NCBI GenBank assembly: GCA_013265495.1 | Contig: MU059953.1 | Span: 4,922,501 to 4,986,500 of the forward strand | DNA from: Vicugna vicugna | Lineage: Eukaryota | Reading direction: 5' to 3' | Length of the DNA: 64,000 nucleotides | Shown here: piece by piece, positions 36,721-49,375 of the stretch | Numbering within the stretch: position 1 is the first letter of the stretch | How the letters are laid out: every line of letters starts with the position of its first letter | Made by a program: the position numbers and the translations under genes | Notes under the pieces: model-generated | The model's database searches: none | Seen by the model: the letters and a program-made list of their open reading frames with translations, nothing else | Told to the model about the DNA's origin: nothing

Positions 36721-36879
36721 GAAGAAGGAAGCCCCGTCTTTCTGCTCTGCCTCAGGCTGAACGGGGCTCAGGGCCAGCACAGGCAGACGAGGAAACACAG
36801 CAGCAGCACGAGGAAGGCGGCAGCACCCTTGGCACCACGGTTCACACAAACCCTGAAGACCTACGGAAAAACTGTTAGG

Positions 36880-37530
36880 AGTGGCAAGGTTTTAGGAAAG
36901 TGGCTGGACGTCAAAATAAAACACAGAACCAACTGCATTTCCATACAGTACTAGCAACAGAAGACTTACTTTAAATAAAAGATTACATCTATAACAAGGG
37001 AAAAACCCTAGAATCTACTGAAGAATAAATTCAACGTAACAGGTGCAAGGCCTTTATGGAGAACATTACCAAAATCTATTGGGAGACATTTAAGAAGATC
37101 CAGTCAGTGCAAAAAGCAGCGCGCAAAGAGCGGGGAAGACCCCGTACTGCCAAGACGCCAGTGCTCCCCAGATTTGTCCACGCGTTCACCGCAATACCAA
37201 TCGAACTCCCACCCTGCTTTCTTCAAGGAACCTGCCCAGCGCACTCGGTCTGGGACACTCGCAGGAGGGGCAGGCAGGGAGGCACGGCAGAGCTCGGACA
37301 AGAGGAGACGGTGCCCAGCAGGCCGGGGACCGGCTCCTGCTCAGTGGAAGGCGGCAGCGGGGCCAGAAACAGCCCAGACCCGACAGATGACCGAGCGGGC
37401 AGTGGGCTGCCCTGCGGAAAGGGAGCAAAGCTTCCTGCACTACGGTTATCGAAGTGGGAAGGGAAAACGAAGCTGGCGTCTGCCCTGCACCGCACACAAA
37501 CCCACAGCCTTCCACCTGAGAGACAGCTTC
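36880..37530 (+). mobile_element. Decayed LINE-1 ORF2 fragment
   Basis: ORF 37056 reads ENITKIYWETFKK...VLPRFVHAFTAIPIELP (compare L1 ORF2 ENYKTLLKEIKE...ILPKVIYRFNAIPIKLP). Confidence 0.85.
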
Positions 37531-37698
37531 ACCAGCTACAGGAGGAAACGTACGTCGTCACCTTTATGACCGTGAGTTTCTTGTTGCTGTTGTTTTTAAT
37601 AAGCACTAACTACAAAAGGAGCGGCTTTTTTTTTGGCTTAGGCAAGTTGTAATTTCAGGGGAGCAATCTTTGCCGTCACCTTTTTGTGCTGTAACATC

Positions 37699-37730
37699 CA
37701 CGTGTGTGTGCGCGCGCGCGCGCGTGTGTA
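37699..37730. repeat. Alternating purine-pyrimidine tract with intact (CG)7
   Basis: cacgtgtgtgtgcgcgcgcgcgcgcgtgtgta. Confidence 0.95.
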
Positions 37731-37779
37731 TTCCCAGACAAAGCAGGCTACCTCAAACGTTTTAAATAACGTTTTTCCT

Positions 37780-37850
37780 TCTTCTTTTATTCAGCCTTTA
37801 CTGAATTCCCACCATGGGCCCAGCACTGTGCTGAGACAAACAAAAGGACA
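37780..37850 (-). mobile_element. LINE-2 3' tail fragment
   Basis: ttattcagcctttactgaattcccaccatgggcccagcactgtgctgag resembles the antisense L2 terminus. Confidence 0.5.
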
Positions 37851-38819
37851 CTTAAGAGTCAAGGAGACAGGCAGCACGCGGGGGGCAGTGGAAATAAAAG
37901 CAGAAGATACCGTGACCAGCTGCCCCCCGCACCGGCGCTGCCGAAAGGCCCCGTCCTCGCCCACTTCGACACCAGCCCGCAAGGAACTGACACAGCTCCC
38001 CAGGGTCACCCAGTCCAGGCGGGGGGCCCAGGACTCCAACCCCTGGAGGCTCTGCCCAGCCCGAGGACGCTCCCTGCGCTCACTCGGCTCCCTGCCCCCC
38101 GCGCGCAAGCCCACACTGACTCCTGCCTCGCAGACACCCTTCCCTCACGCCAAGGCCCCCTCTGGGGGCTCACCGCTTGTTATTTTGAAAGTTCTTTACT
38201 CCACATTTTAGCTTTAGGTAAAGCGAATTAGAGAGCAAAGTGACGGGGCTCTGCAGCCACGGGCAACGTGTGCTGTTCTCCAACCAGAGTGCCCCAGACC
38301 GAGAAAGCTGTCAAGAGCCAGCACAAGTTCAGACTCCAAGAATCAGCTTCATCAACAGATGAATTTAATTTAAATTCTCAAATGGATCAACAAATTTTAC
38401 CGAGTTTAATTCACCATTTCTTTTCCAAATGTGAGCTAACATTTTCCGAATTGTCAGATCTTACTCTCATGAGAGTCCCTGTCTTCTGAGTTAACTCCTT
38501 GACTGTAACAAAGCCAGGCCCTGGGGACGCCCAGCGCCATGACTCTGGGACACCCAGCAGCAGTGACATAGGACACACTGAAGCAGTGACGTGGAGTCAC
38601 CAGCAGTAATGACAACAGGGCACACAGGGCGGGACAAAGAGCAGCCCATGGCACCTGCCTGAAGGAGCCGTCTCTGTGGGGAGTGAAACCCATGGCCCTG
38701 GGGGCCTTCAACATCACTCAGCGTTTGGAAGGACACGGGATTCGGAGGGAAGGTATTCAGAGCAAGCAGACGGACAGGCAGGCCGGGCCAGGGCGAGCTG
38801 CAGCCATGGAGGGTCGTCT

Positions 38820-38889
38820 ACACACACGTGTGCATGCACACACACTCACACATGCATGTGCGCACGCGTGCGCACTCACGCACACACAC
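38820..38889. repeat. Degenerate CA/CG/TG dinucleotide tract
   Basis: acacacacgtgtgcatgcacacacactcacacatgcatgtgcgcacgcgtgcgcactcacgcacacacac. Confidence 0.9.
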
Positions 38890-40148
38890 TACGTCCCGTT
38901 ACTGTGCTGTCTCTGCGTGGCCACTGGGAAGGGGAGGGGCTACAGTACTCGTTCAGCGACTATTCACCGCACAGGGAAGACTCAGGTTGAGGTTTTACTT
39001 TAAGGGTTTTATACTTTGTTTTATTTATGACAGATGAAGAAAAGCGGCTCAGAAGCCCCGCCTCGGCCTGCTGGTGTCACAGAGGACAGATACAGCCCCA
39101 CATTCCAGCTGAGTGCTTCCAAGCAGAAACTCAAGTTCTAAACAAAGAAAACCCCGGCAGAACCATCCCCAGGGCCCTCCTGGACACCGTCCTCGTCCAG
39201 CTGCCTGTTCCAAGTGCCAGGGGTGTTGCAAGAAAGCCAGAAACCATGGCAAGGAACGAAGGTTTTAGGTCCTCGCTGCCTGCCAGAGCTGGGCCCGGCC
39301 GGCCAGGGCCAAGTGCAGGGCTGGGGGCCGGCCACGCTGGCCAGAGGACAGGCCCTAACAGCTGTGACACCAACCGGGTGTGCTGAAAATAGCCGGTGTT
39401 TGTTTATGTCGCCTGTGTTGAGAGAGAACCTCACAGCCCTGACGGGGGCTGGGAGGACACTGGGGCGAGGGGTGTGGGGGACACCCACCCAATACTGAGG
39501 GCTCGAGAGAGCATCATCAGAGGCGTCTGTGGGGCCAGTGGACGGCTCGGGGAACGACGGAATTCAACCGCTCCTTTCTGGAATGGTGGCTCTGGGTGCC
39601 AACGTGCAGGAAGGCCCGGGAGGGCCCGAAGCCAGCCCACTGCTGAGACCTCGCAAAGGAAAACAGCTCTGAAGGACAACCTGCAATTAACACAGGGACA
39701 ATTATCTTGCTAATTTAGGTTAATTTCTACTTCGCAGCGCTGCGTGGCAGGTGGGGGCAGTGTGGAGACATCTATGTGGGCGCTCAGCAGCTCCTTCCTC
39801 CAAGGCCACACGTTTGAAATCTCATAAGAAGATTTAAAACATCCACCAGCACCTTCCAGAAAAAGGGCCTCAGCTGCAGAGAGTCTGCCCAGCTCTGAAC
39901 CCGGGCTGGGTGCCTCTGCAGGAGAACAGAGCCTTCACTCGAAGAGCTCCTCAGAACTCTGCTCCCAGAGCCCAGTCCCGCTCGGGGGGCGGGGGTGCGA
40001 GGGGCCTGCTCCCCCCGCCGCGGGGCGGGCAGGCAGGTGGGCCCTGGCTCAGGGCTGTGTGGTGAGGCGCCCGGGGGCCCAGCAGCGCTGGCGGGGGCCC
40101 CCCCAGGACACCTGTGCAGGCGGCCCAGCGAGCCCCGCCAGCCGCCCG

Positions 40149-40441
40149 GTAAACAAAGGGCTCTGGCTGCTCTTCGGGGCGAGGACAGAACCCTGTCAGC
40201 GTTTGTTGTTTGCTCACGGAGTGACGCAAAGGCCAGCGAGGGCACCCGTGCTGAGAAGGGCAGGAGAGGATAAACACCTCCGGCCCGGAGCGCAGCAAGC
40301 GCTAAGCCAAGGAACCTGCCGGGCCGGCCTGGACCAGAGCCCGGGCCTCCGCCGGCGCAGCCCTGGGCCCCACAGGGGCTGAGAAGTACAGGCCCCCCGC
40401 CCTTATTTAAAAACCTCTTTAGTTCCAGAAGAGCAGATAAC
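40149..40441 (+). promoter_or_regulatory. Candidate promoter/enhancer: four forkhead sites, GC box, TATA-like element, GATA
   Basis: GTAAACA 40149, TGTTTGTT 40200, TGTTTGCT 40207, TGACGCAA 40222, ATAAACA 40270, CCCCGCCC at about 40395 directly followed by TATTTAAAA at about 40404, AGATAA 40436. Confidence 0.5.
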
Positions 40442-43026
40442 AGGATCCTACCTGGACATTAAACAATGGGCCAGTCAAATAGCGTGTGCAATTCAGAACA
40501 CCCCGATTTCCCTGCTGCCAGCTGTGGGGGGGGGGGGTAACGAGAGAGGGAAGATACTGGCTTTGTCGGCTTCTCTTTTTTCTGGAATGGGGTAGGGCGG
40601 AGGCAAGCTCCCAGGAGCCAGGGGCCATGTTTCAGGTGGATTCTGAGAGCCCAGCGGCACTCAAAGCAGAGCCCACGTAGGGCGCCCGGGAGGAAAGAGA
40701 ACTCCCAACTTCAGTTGCCCTCCACACAACAGGAAGAAAGGCCCTTTAGGTGCAGTTCTACTGTGAAGACATAATAGTAACGAACAGGAGCGGCACATCC
40801 CTCGAGAAATAAAACGGGGCTGCCCGCCTGGCCCGCAGGCCCCGGGGCCGCCACCAGCCAGCCCCGGAGACGGCTTCTCCTCAGAGCTTCCTTCCCAGAG
40901 AGTGTCCAGGCGCTCCCTGGGCTGTGGACCCCCCAGTCACAGACTGGAGGCGGCTGGTTTTTAGGTTCCAGGGCCAGCCTTCTCTGGCCAGCTTTTCAGG
41001 AAAGTAAGTGTAAGCACCTTGTAAGACCCTGGGTTCCAGAAAAGCCCATTTTAGAAGTGCCACCCTGCACCCCCCAGATGGCTGCGAACCCCTGGGGGTA
41101 GCTCCCTGCCCACAGAGACCAACTGGCAGAACAGGGGGGCCGCATGGGGCCTCAGACATGGGGCCTTGGCAAGTGGCTTCCGCAGCGCGGCCCTCCTTCT
41201 GCACCCAGAGCTGGGAAGACGGGTCCAGCAGGGGCAGGACCTGATGACAGCAGAGGTGCGGGACAGCCACAGAGGGGGCTGCAGGTTAGGACAAGCCAGT
41301 GGAGGAGCCCAGTGTCCCCAAGCACTCCCGTAAAGGGACAGCCCCATCCCTTCTAGTCAAGTGGCCCCACCACCACACGGGGCACACAGGGCGTGACCAC
41401 CGCTGCCCCCAACCCACCGCCCTGACCTTCAGGCCCCCACCCTGCACGGAGACACCCAGACACGGGGTCCAGGTGTGCATCCTAACACATCTAACTGGAC
41501 AACGTGAACACCATGAGGGCAGGAACACCGGCGCCATCCCTCCCCAGATGGCTTTAATGGGAAAACATCCCACAGCAAGTGCCTGCGAGGCACCTGCGAG
41601 GGCGCAGGCGTAATGAAGGCAGCAGGAGGACCTGAAGCATCCAGGGCCAGTAGGAAAGGAATGCAAATTTACCAGAAGTCATTTCTAGAAAGAGCTGGGC
41701 CGTTGGAACCGTCCACCGCCCCCACTCCCACCCCTGACTTCCTGCCACATGAAGAGCAGGTGCTCCCGCAGCTGGGGGCTGGTCACAGTCCTGCGCCCCA
41801 TCGCCCCGCAGGCTCCAACCACCTGCCACACGTGGGTCCCCCAAGGGAAGGTGAGCGAGCCAGGCCCTAAGGCTGGGGGCGGGGAGCGAGTTGTGGGGGA
41901 CTGTCCCTGCTTCCGGGGACAACAGCAACCCCCAGCTCAGCTCTGCGCTTCCCAAAGGCTCCCCGGCAGCGGCGGGAGGGGTGATGGGGAACCGCAGAGG
42001 CAGTGGGCACGGAGAAGGCGGAGAGAGGAGACAAGACTCTCAGGGGAAGAACAGCCATATCCGGGGAAACTGAGGAAGCGTGGAGGGTGGAGGGAAAGAG
42101 AGCAGTCCTGCAGACCGGGCCATCCGGTCTCTTCTGGGAGGGAGGAGCAGTGGGGGCAACGGTTCGCAACACAGAGCCGTGTCCACGGGCGCCCCAGCGT
42201 CCCCATGGGCAGGGCTCCGGCAGAGAGCAGGGCTGGGCACGAGGGGCGGCCGGGCTCCGGCCTCGACATCTCCCTCAGGGACACCGTGAGCACCGCCGCT
42301 CACCGCTGGAGCCCCCGGGACAGGGCAGGGCCGGATACTTGTGCTCTCGCTCTTACTGCACAACCAGCCCAGAAGACTGCCGTCCAACAGCGGAGAAGGC
42401 GCCAGGCCGGCTCAGGGCCACCGCCTCGCAGCACAGCTCACGTCGGGACCACTCGCAAAGGGTCCCCTCCTTAGAGCGGCGGGCCGCTAGACACGAGCAG
42501 CGGGCGGGGGCACCAGCCCAATGGTGGGAAGCCGCACGTCCTGTGACCTCCGGGGGCCGCGGGGCAGGCAGAGGGAAGCGGGGACCTTCAGGCTGACAGC
42601 AAACCACACATTCTGGGGTGACGAGGGTCCTGAGGCAGACAAAGGTGGGAGGAGGCAGGAATCCCCAGCGTCCAATGTGACTTCTGCTCACTATGCCCTC
42701 AGCACGATAGAACCAGCCTTGCAGATTCGAAGTACTCGTCTTGCACCGACACTGATGCTTCTGATCCAGACTAAGTGAGGACAGACACCCCTCCTGCCCT
42801 GGGGAAGGTGGGCGAAAACCAGGAAACGCAACCCCAAACCCCTCTCTCCCCGGTGGGCATTCAGCCTGTTTGTTCCTACACCCCATACAGCCAGCTCGCC
42901 AAAGAAACTCAGGGCAGCTCCCGCCGGAGTCCATCGCTCGCCCCCGGGAGCGGTCTTACCCCTGACTAATCCTCGCTTTGCTTTCTTGGCCTCTGTGTCT
43001 CGTCTCTGAATTCCTTCTGGGACGAG

Positions 43027-43086
43027 ACAAGAACCTACTCTCCAGCAACACTGGCAACATAGAAAGATGATTATAGCAACTTTACA
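43027..43086 (+). other. Candidate exon A of a plus-strand spliced transcript
   Basis: Branch-like CTGACTAAT at 42962-42970, a long pyrimidine tract, AG at 43025-26 (GAG, weak) or 43030-31, and donor ACA|GTAAGT at 43087. Confidence 0.3.
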
Positions 43087-43433
43087 GTAAGTGCAAAGCG
43101 CAAAATAGCAAAATCTCACATCCGTCCAGAAGCCATCTGTAGAAACACCAGAGAAAGGACTGGAAAGACACTGACGTGGCCACAGCGGTGACCATGAGTG
43201 ACAGGGTCAGGAGAGGACAGTCTAAGAATGCTTTCACTCTCTTAAAAGTGTCTTAAAACGAATAGTTCCCATCTTTACGACTAGAAAAGAGCAAAGCCTC
43301 ACTGCTTGTGCAGAGAGAACTCGTCGTCATTATTTTATAATCTGCTGCTGCTTTTGACGCGCGCACCTCCCTGAAGCTTCTCTGTTTTGTGTCTAGTTTA
43401 CTGTTCCTGCTGAGTTTCATTTTCTTTCTTCAG

Positions 43434-43548
43434 TAAAGTGCCCTCACCCAAAGGAACGGCCACAGCAAAATCACTGGTAACGATCTTCCGCGCGAGCAGA
43501 CCTGAGAGGTGGCCATCCACGCACACAGCCACTCTCTTTCTCAGCCAG
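43434..43548 (+). other. Candidate exon B (115 nt) of a plus-strand spliced transcript
   Basis: Acceptor tttcattttctttcttcag and donor CAG|GTAAGG. One reading frame is open. Confidence 0.4.
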
Positions 43549-44546
43549 GTAAGGACACGCTCAGGAACGGAACCCAAGGACCCACGTTATCCTTCTGCGA
43601 TGCTTCTCTGCTCTGTCGCAAATTCATTCCACTTGCAGCAGCTTCTCACAGGGCCCCTCACTCCAAGCCTTCCCTTAAGTAAGAGGCAGAGACGGGAGCT
43701 CAGGAGCTGCAAGTACCTCCTTTGAATGGACCCCAATCCAGAAGAAGACAGAACTGAGGAAATGCGCTCCCTCAATGCCCTCATTTTGCAGATGAGGCCA
43801 CTGAGGTGCGGAGAGGCTGGGGGCGGCCCCAGGTCCCCGGGCAGGAAAGCACAGCCCCCGCGTGGGCGCCCGAGTGGCCTGGTGCCAGCGCGTGCCCCGG
43901 GTACCCTGCTCACACAGCCGGGAAGGACGCGTCCCCGGCACATGCATCACACACACACTAGCACATGTGGCACACTTGGCCGTGGGTGTGTCCCAGGCAC
44001 GGAGAAGCCTTCATGGCCAGCCCTGGGGCAGGGTCCCGGCCCCACCGCCCTGCAGGGGAAGCCTGGCCGCATCCTGCAGCACCACTGCCCAGAGCCACTG
44101 CCCAGCCACTGCCCAGCAGTCTTCCCTCCCTCCTCGTCTCACTGGCTGTTGTCTTTTTTAAATGACATGACCAGCTGAGCGCTGAGGCTTAGATTCTAAA
44201 GGTCACGGCGTTTCCTGGGGCCTCAGACGCGCTGCAGGGCTTCCTGGGATCAGGGGCACGACGCAGCATTTGAGAACCCTCGCCATTTTGTTAGGACTAG
44301 CATTTTACCTGCTATTTTCTGGCTCTTTTTCTCGAACATCTGTCATGGAACGACAAACCCTGGCAGGACCTCCCAGTGCCTCTGGGGACAGCGGTGCTTG
44401 TCACAGACCCAGACTCGAGACAGCTTCCAGGGCGCCCAGCACGGGCCGAGGTGGTGGACACAGGACTCAGGGCTGCATCTGAACCGGGAGCCCCTTGGCA
44501 GCAGATACACATAGAAAACACTGGATTCACGTCTGAACTCTCTCAC

Positions 44547-44668
44547 CAGGCCCGTCCACACCAGACCATCTTGGAACTACTCGCTCTGACTTCCCTTGAC
44601 ATTCACTATTCAACTGCTCTTGCCAGAGAAATGAAACCGTGGACTAGGTGGCTTCCAAAAGATGCTCC
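44547..44668 (-). other. Candidate non-coding (UTR or poison) exon, 122 nt
   Basis: Minus-strand acceptor tttgtccctttcttcctgtgccccag and donor CTG|GTGAGA. All three frames contain stops. Confidence 0.3.
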
Positions 44669-46478
44669 CTGGGGCACAGGAAGAAAGGGACAAACTTTCA
44701 TTTCTGTTTATTTTTAAATTTTAAAAAAGGAATTAGCCTTACACTACTTAAGATAAGGGCTGGGCTGTGCGCTCACCAGCGTCCCTATCAGGGACACGGG
44801 AAGGCCTCCCTGGATGTCAGGACTGGAGCCTGAGACGACCCTCAGGGCCCGGGCCCCTCGCAGCCTTGGGGCTGACGGAGCCGCTGTGTCAGGCCTGCCG
44901 CAGCCGGGGTGTGTCCGCGCCCTCCAGCTTTCACAAGGAGCAGGCGCGTGCCCCAGCCCCAGCGGGAACGGGTGCCCGTAGCTCCATGGTGGCAGTGGTC
45001 TGCTCAGAGGACGGGCCTGGGAGGAAGGACCCCTCCCTGCCCAGAGCTGGGCCTGGCACCGCTGACCTGCCACAAACGAACCCCACTGCGGACATGGACT
45101 CAGCACGGGTGCCCGGGTGCCCGGGGCTCAGGCGAGCACCCCCGTCCGCGGCACGGGTGTGGCGGCGTCACCGTCTGGTGTGTGTGAAGCTCTGCCTTTA
45201 TGCCTGTGTGTGGTGCACCGACGTCATCATTTCAGACACGCGACAGCCCAGGCCAGGACCCCGCCAGTCAGTCCGTGCGACTGAGAGCCCATGGTCACCT
45301 GGCAGTGCTGCAGCCCCCACTGCCTGCTCTGTCCATCATCAGCTGGCGACGGTCCGTGGGTGCCAAGCCGCACGAGCATCACCAGACCTGCCCCGCAGAA
45401 ACCCGTGGAGACACCGGCCATCGTGGTACCAGGCCTCACTCAGGACACTGCCCTCCTGCTTAGGTCCGCTGGACACAGGCCAGGCCAGGCCTGCTCGGGT
45501 GGCGGAACACAGACGCCACCGACATGGAAGAGACCTTGAGAAGACTGTGTTCACCCCTCCAGAACCTTGGAGAAAACTTGTCCCCATAAGTGACAGCTGA
45601 TTCTCAGCACAGAAAAGTCAGCGGTGTCCTTCCAAGCAAGGAGCAACCACAGCCCGTTCCACGGCCACTGCAAGTCCAGCCATCATGACCACTGCTGCAC
45701 ATGTGTGTCTGCCCCACACCACTGTCCCTGGTGCCAACGAAAAGACCAAGGAAAGACAGGGACCAAGTAAAACATGGAACAGACACTCGTGTATCCTGGG
45801 TCTGCAAGTCTGCTGAGACCATAATGCGTCAGAATATTCACGTGATCAAAAACACTCAAGACTGAAACATAAACAAGAAACACCAAACCAAAGAATCCTC
45901 CCACCCTAACGCCTGGAGGAAGGCAAGCTCGGGGCCCAGCAGGGCAGCGTCCGGGTATCCAGAAGCAGACAGGCCCGGGACCCAATCCCAGCTCCATGAC
46001 TGACCTGGCCAGTCCCCAGACAAACTGGGGCTGGCAGGCCACCTGAGCATCACAAGGGACGCTGACAAGAAGCTTCCAGAACCCGACTCGTAGTCAGGAC
46101 CCGCGAACACGACAGCCCTCACATCTCAAGGGAGACTCCGGGTCCCCTTAAGCTCAAGTGTGTATGCTCTGCAAACTCCCCAGAGGCCAAGGGCCCCGTC
46201 ACCTCCGTCACTCGAGCTGACCGTCTCCGTGGGCTCAGTGCTCTCAGGGAAGCTCCTCGCTGACCCCCACGCTACCCACAGGCCTTCGGGTCCGCCCACT
46301 GCCTCCTCGTCCTCAGCTCCGCTTCCTCTAAACCCCAGTGAGCAGCGCTAGGGCCGGCAACACAGACAGAGACGCTGTGCATGTTTTACAAAACCGCAGG
46401 TGAAGCCCGCGTTCCCAGAAGCCAGCAGTGTGGACGTCGCCCCCCTCACCCACAGGGCAGGATGCGGACGGCACTCAC

Positions 46479-46550
46479 CTTCCTAGCACCACGCTTCACA
46501 GTCATTCTCACGCACGTGCTAAGAACCTCTCGTAGACTCAGTTTACCCAT
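46479..46550 (-). other. Candidate alternative first coding segment MGKLSLREVLSTCVRMTVKRGARK
   Basis: ggcATGG context, 24 open codons, then consensus donor AAG|GTGAGT. I recognise no homology. Confidence 0.25.
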
Positions 46551-49364
46551 GCCGTGTGATGAATGACACACCGTGTCAGTAAAAACCCCTCTTTGCCAAA
46601 TAGTTACAGACTGGGACTGGGTGGCAGCCTGCCCCAGGAGCAGTCCCCAGTGTCAACACGTCAATGGTCCAACTTTTCTCTTTTAACAGTAGAAAGAACG
46701 GCTACCGCCAAGCAAAGCCATTCCAGACGCTGCAAGTTCTCCCGGCCACGCGGCGGGGCAGCCCGTGCGCAGCCTCACCCCAGGCAGAAACAAGCGGGAG
46801 GTGGGCGGCAAGGCCGGCCGCACGCGCTCACCCGCGCCACCTGTAACCAGGTGGAGAGCGACGTGCACTTGCTGGCCAGGGACCTTCCAGCAGCACACAC
46901 GGCCGCAGGAGACAGCCTGCTGGGCGGGAAGGCCCGGCCGGACCCAGAGTGAGGGCTGTCTACACTGGCTGGCTCCCCATGCGTTCGCAGACCCGGGCCA
47001 GAGAAAGCCCCGCTGGGACGTCTGTTTGCCTGCATGTCCAGCGTCCTGTCCTGCTCCGGCCACCTGCCCCTGGCTGGAGCACAAGAGGGACACACCAGAC
47101 CAGCCAAACCAGTGACGGGACACAGCTGGGACGGAGCGGACGGAGGGGAAGGGAGCCCAGCCCAGGGCGGGGGAGGGATGGAGACTGCCTCAGGACCCCC
47201 TGCAGTTGGGTCCTGCGACCTTGTCTCAGGCCCATCAGTGAACCCCCGGGGGGGGCGCACCTCGGAGGCCAGACGGCCCCGCCTGGAACCATGGGTGGCT
47301 CTCTCCGCGACATGAGGCTGCCACTGCGCCACCTTCCAAACGGCCTTGCGGAGGACCCCAAATGCAGCGAGCCGCGCAGACTGCTCTTGGCAAATCTGTC
47401 CTGTTCTGACTCTGGCACCCTGCTGTTTACCCAACCGGGAAATTCAAACGCAGGAAGCCCTGTCTCCCAGCAGCGCACTCGGTGCTGGGCTGCAGGCCCC
47501 GCTGGCCTCCTGGGCTACCAACACCGGAATTAACCAAAATGAAACGAAGTTTAAAGTCTGGTTCCTCAGTCGCACCGGACCCAGTGGAAGCGGGCGAGGG
47601 CCGCTGCGGCCAGGGCCGCCACGCGTGCAGCTGCGGCTGGCCCCCCACCACACAAGTTCCTGACTCCAGGGCCGAGGAGGCCTCCTCTTTACAGAGCTGT
47701 CCTCGTGCCCAGCGTCCTTCCTCTTCCTGCAAGAGAGCAGGAAACCCCCCCCAACCGAGGGGCCCGACCCTGTCCTGTAAGCGTGGACTGAGGGGGCTGA
47801 TTCCTGCCGAACGAGCATGAAAGCAGATGTGGAAACGGCACACCCGTGGTTCCCAGAGAAGCCAGGGAGCCGCGGCCATGCCGAGCCTCCCTCTCCGGTT
47901 CTTGTGGACTTTCTCCTTCCTCCTTTTCCATGACTGCACGTGGCCTGATGCTGGGAGAAGCGAGGGAGGGGAGCACAAAGCCCACACTCCCCCCGCCCCC
48001 CTGTCCTGGGCTGCCCAGAGGACGGGGACCAGTCTCCACAGGCCAGGCCTCTCCTTCACTCCCTCTTCCCTGGAACCATGCCTCCAGGTCCACTCGGACC
48101 CCTGCCAGCCCCCGTACAGAACCAGACCTGGCAATCGTGGGGCAGAGGCCAGAGCCCAGACGCCCAGGTCGGCCACAGAAACCGCTAGGCGGAAGTCCCC
48201 AGGGCCTCTGGGGGGTCTGCTTCAAGGTCCGGGCAGGGCACAGCTCCAGCAGACCCACCTGCTCCAGTGAGACTGGTGCTCTGACCTGGCCGGCCCACAC
48301 TCAGGGCTGGCCAGGAGGAGGGGAGGCCCCACCGCAGACCCAGGTTCCCGAGAACTGCTCTCGCCGACGTACCTCCCAGGCAGCAGATCCAGAGAGAACC
48401 ACTTCCCTCCCGGGAGGGGACCGTGCACTGGTTCCGCCAAGTGCTGGGAACATCTCGCCCAGTGCTTCCCTCCTCCAGACACAGCCGCAGGAGCCCAGCC
48501 ACCCCACACTGGGCAGAGACGCACCCGCCGGCCCGGCTCCAGGCCCAGCCTGCCTCTGCAGGGCCGGGGGCGGCAGCCCTGACCCTGCTGAGCCATTTTA
48601 AAGAGCATCCCTTTAGGAAAGCTGGAACCAAGGGAACCGTCTGGAAATGGCTCGCTCCCAGGAAGGGGAGCCATCTTATTCTCCCCATGGAGCCCCGCTC
48701 AGGCTGGGCTCTTCCCCTGAGGGTCGTGCTGCACGTTCAGGGCCCGAGCAGGAGAGAGACCAGGAAGGACCCCGAGGGTGGCACCAGCGCCAGAGACACA
48801 ATCACCCTGTTGTCCTGAATGGCACCTGGGTGCCAGGGCGACAGCCAGACCCTCGGCGCATGGGACACCGGTCAGGCCTGTCCCCATGCGTGGCCCAGCC
48901 CTGGGGACAGGGGCAGGACAGACACGAGGCGGTCTAAGGACAGGGCTCCCAGGAAGCCACCAGGGCTGGACGATCTGAAGTCGCTGCTTCGTACTTTTTA
49001 TCTCCTGTATTTATTTTTGTCTTTCTCTGGTGCCTGGTTAAAATTTCACTTCCTCTCCTCATCAAGACCTGTCCTCTACTGTAAAGGGAAACATTTCCCA
49101 TCCCTTTGCAACCATCCCAAACCTCTCCAGTGCAGCCCGCGGGGCGCAGACCCTGCGGTGGACCCTGGGGGGAGGCCGGCAGCAGAGCCCCGTGCACTCC
49201 GCGAGCCGGATGAGCCTCAGGGAGCCCCGCCTGCTTTTCTGTTTACTTTCTCGCTACAGCTGTTTTGCTTTGTTCTCCTCTTGAAGTCACTTGTCATCAC
49301 AACGCCGTCAGCTTTTTTTTTTAACTCACAGTTGAGAAAACCAACCAGTTGGGTTGCTGCCTCC

Positions 49365-49375
49365 CTGATTGGCTA
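49365..49375 (-). promoter_or_regulatory. NF-Y CCAAT box
   Basis: The minus strand reads TAGCCAATCAG, a full match to RRCCAATCAG. Confidence 0.4.

Noticed and set aside
37056-37652. 198-aa ORF as a host gene
   Set aside because: It is a decayed, frameshifted L1 ORF2 remnant.
44767-45600. Longest ORF in the track (277 aa), and similar 200-250 aa ORFs at 11633, 19133, 22011, 29911, 30124, 41749, 47427, 47846, 52214 and 54491
   Set aside because: They are Pro/Arg/Gly/Ala/Ser-rich, overlap on both strands and contain no recognisable domain. This is expected when stop codons are scarce in GC-rich DNA.
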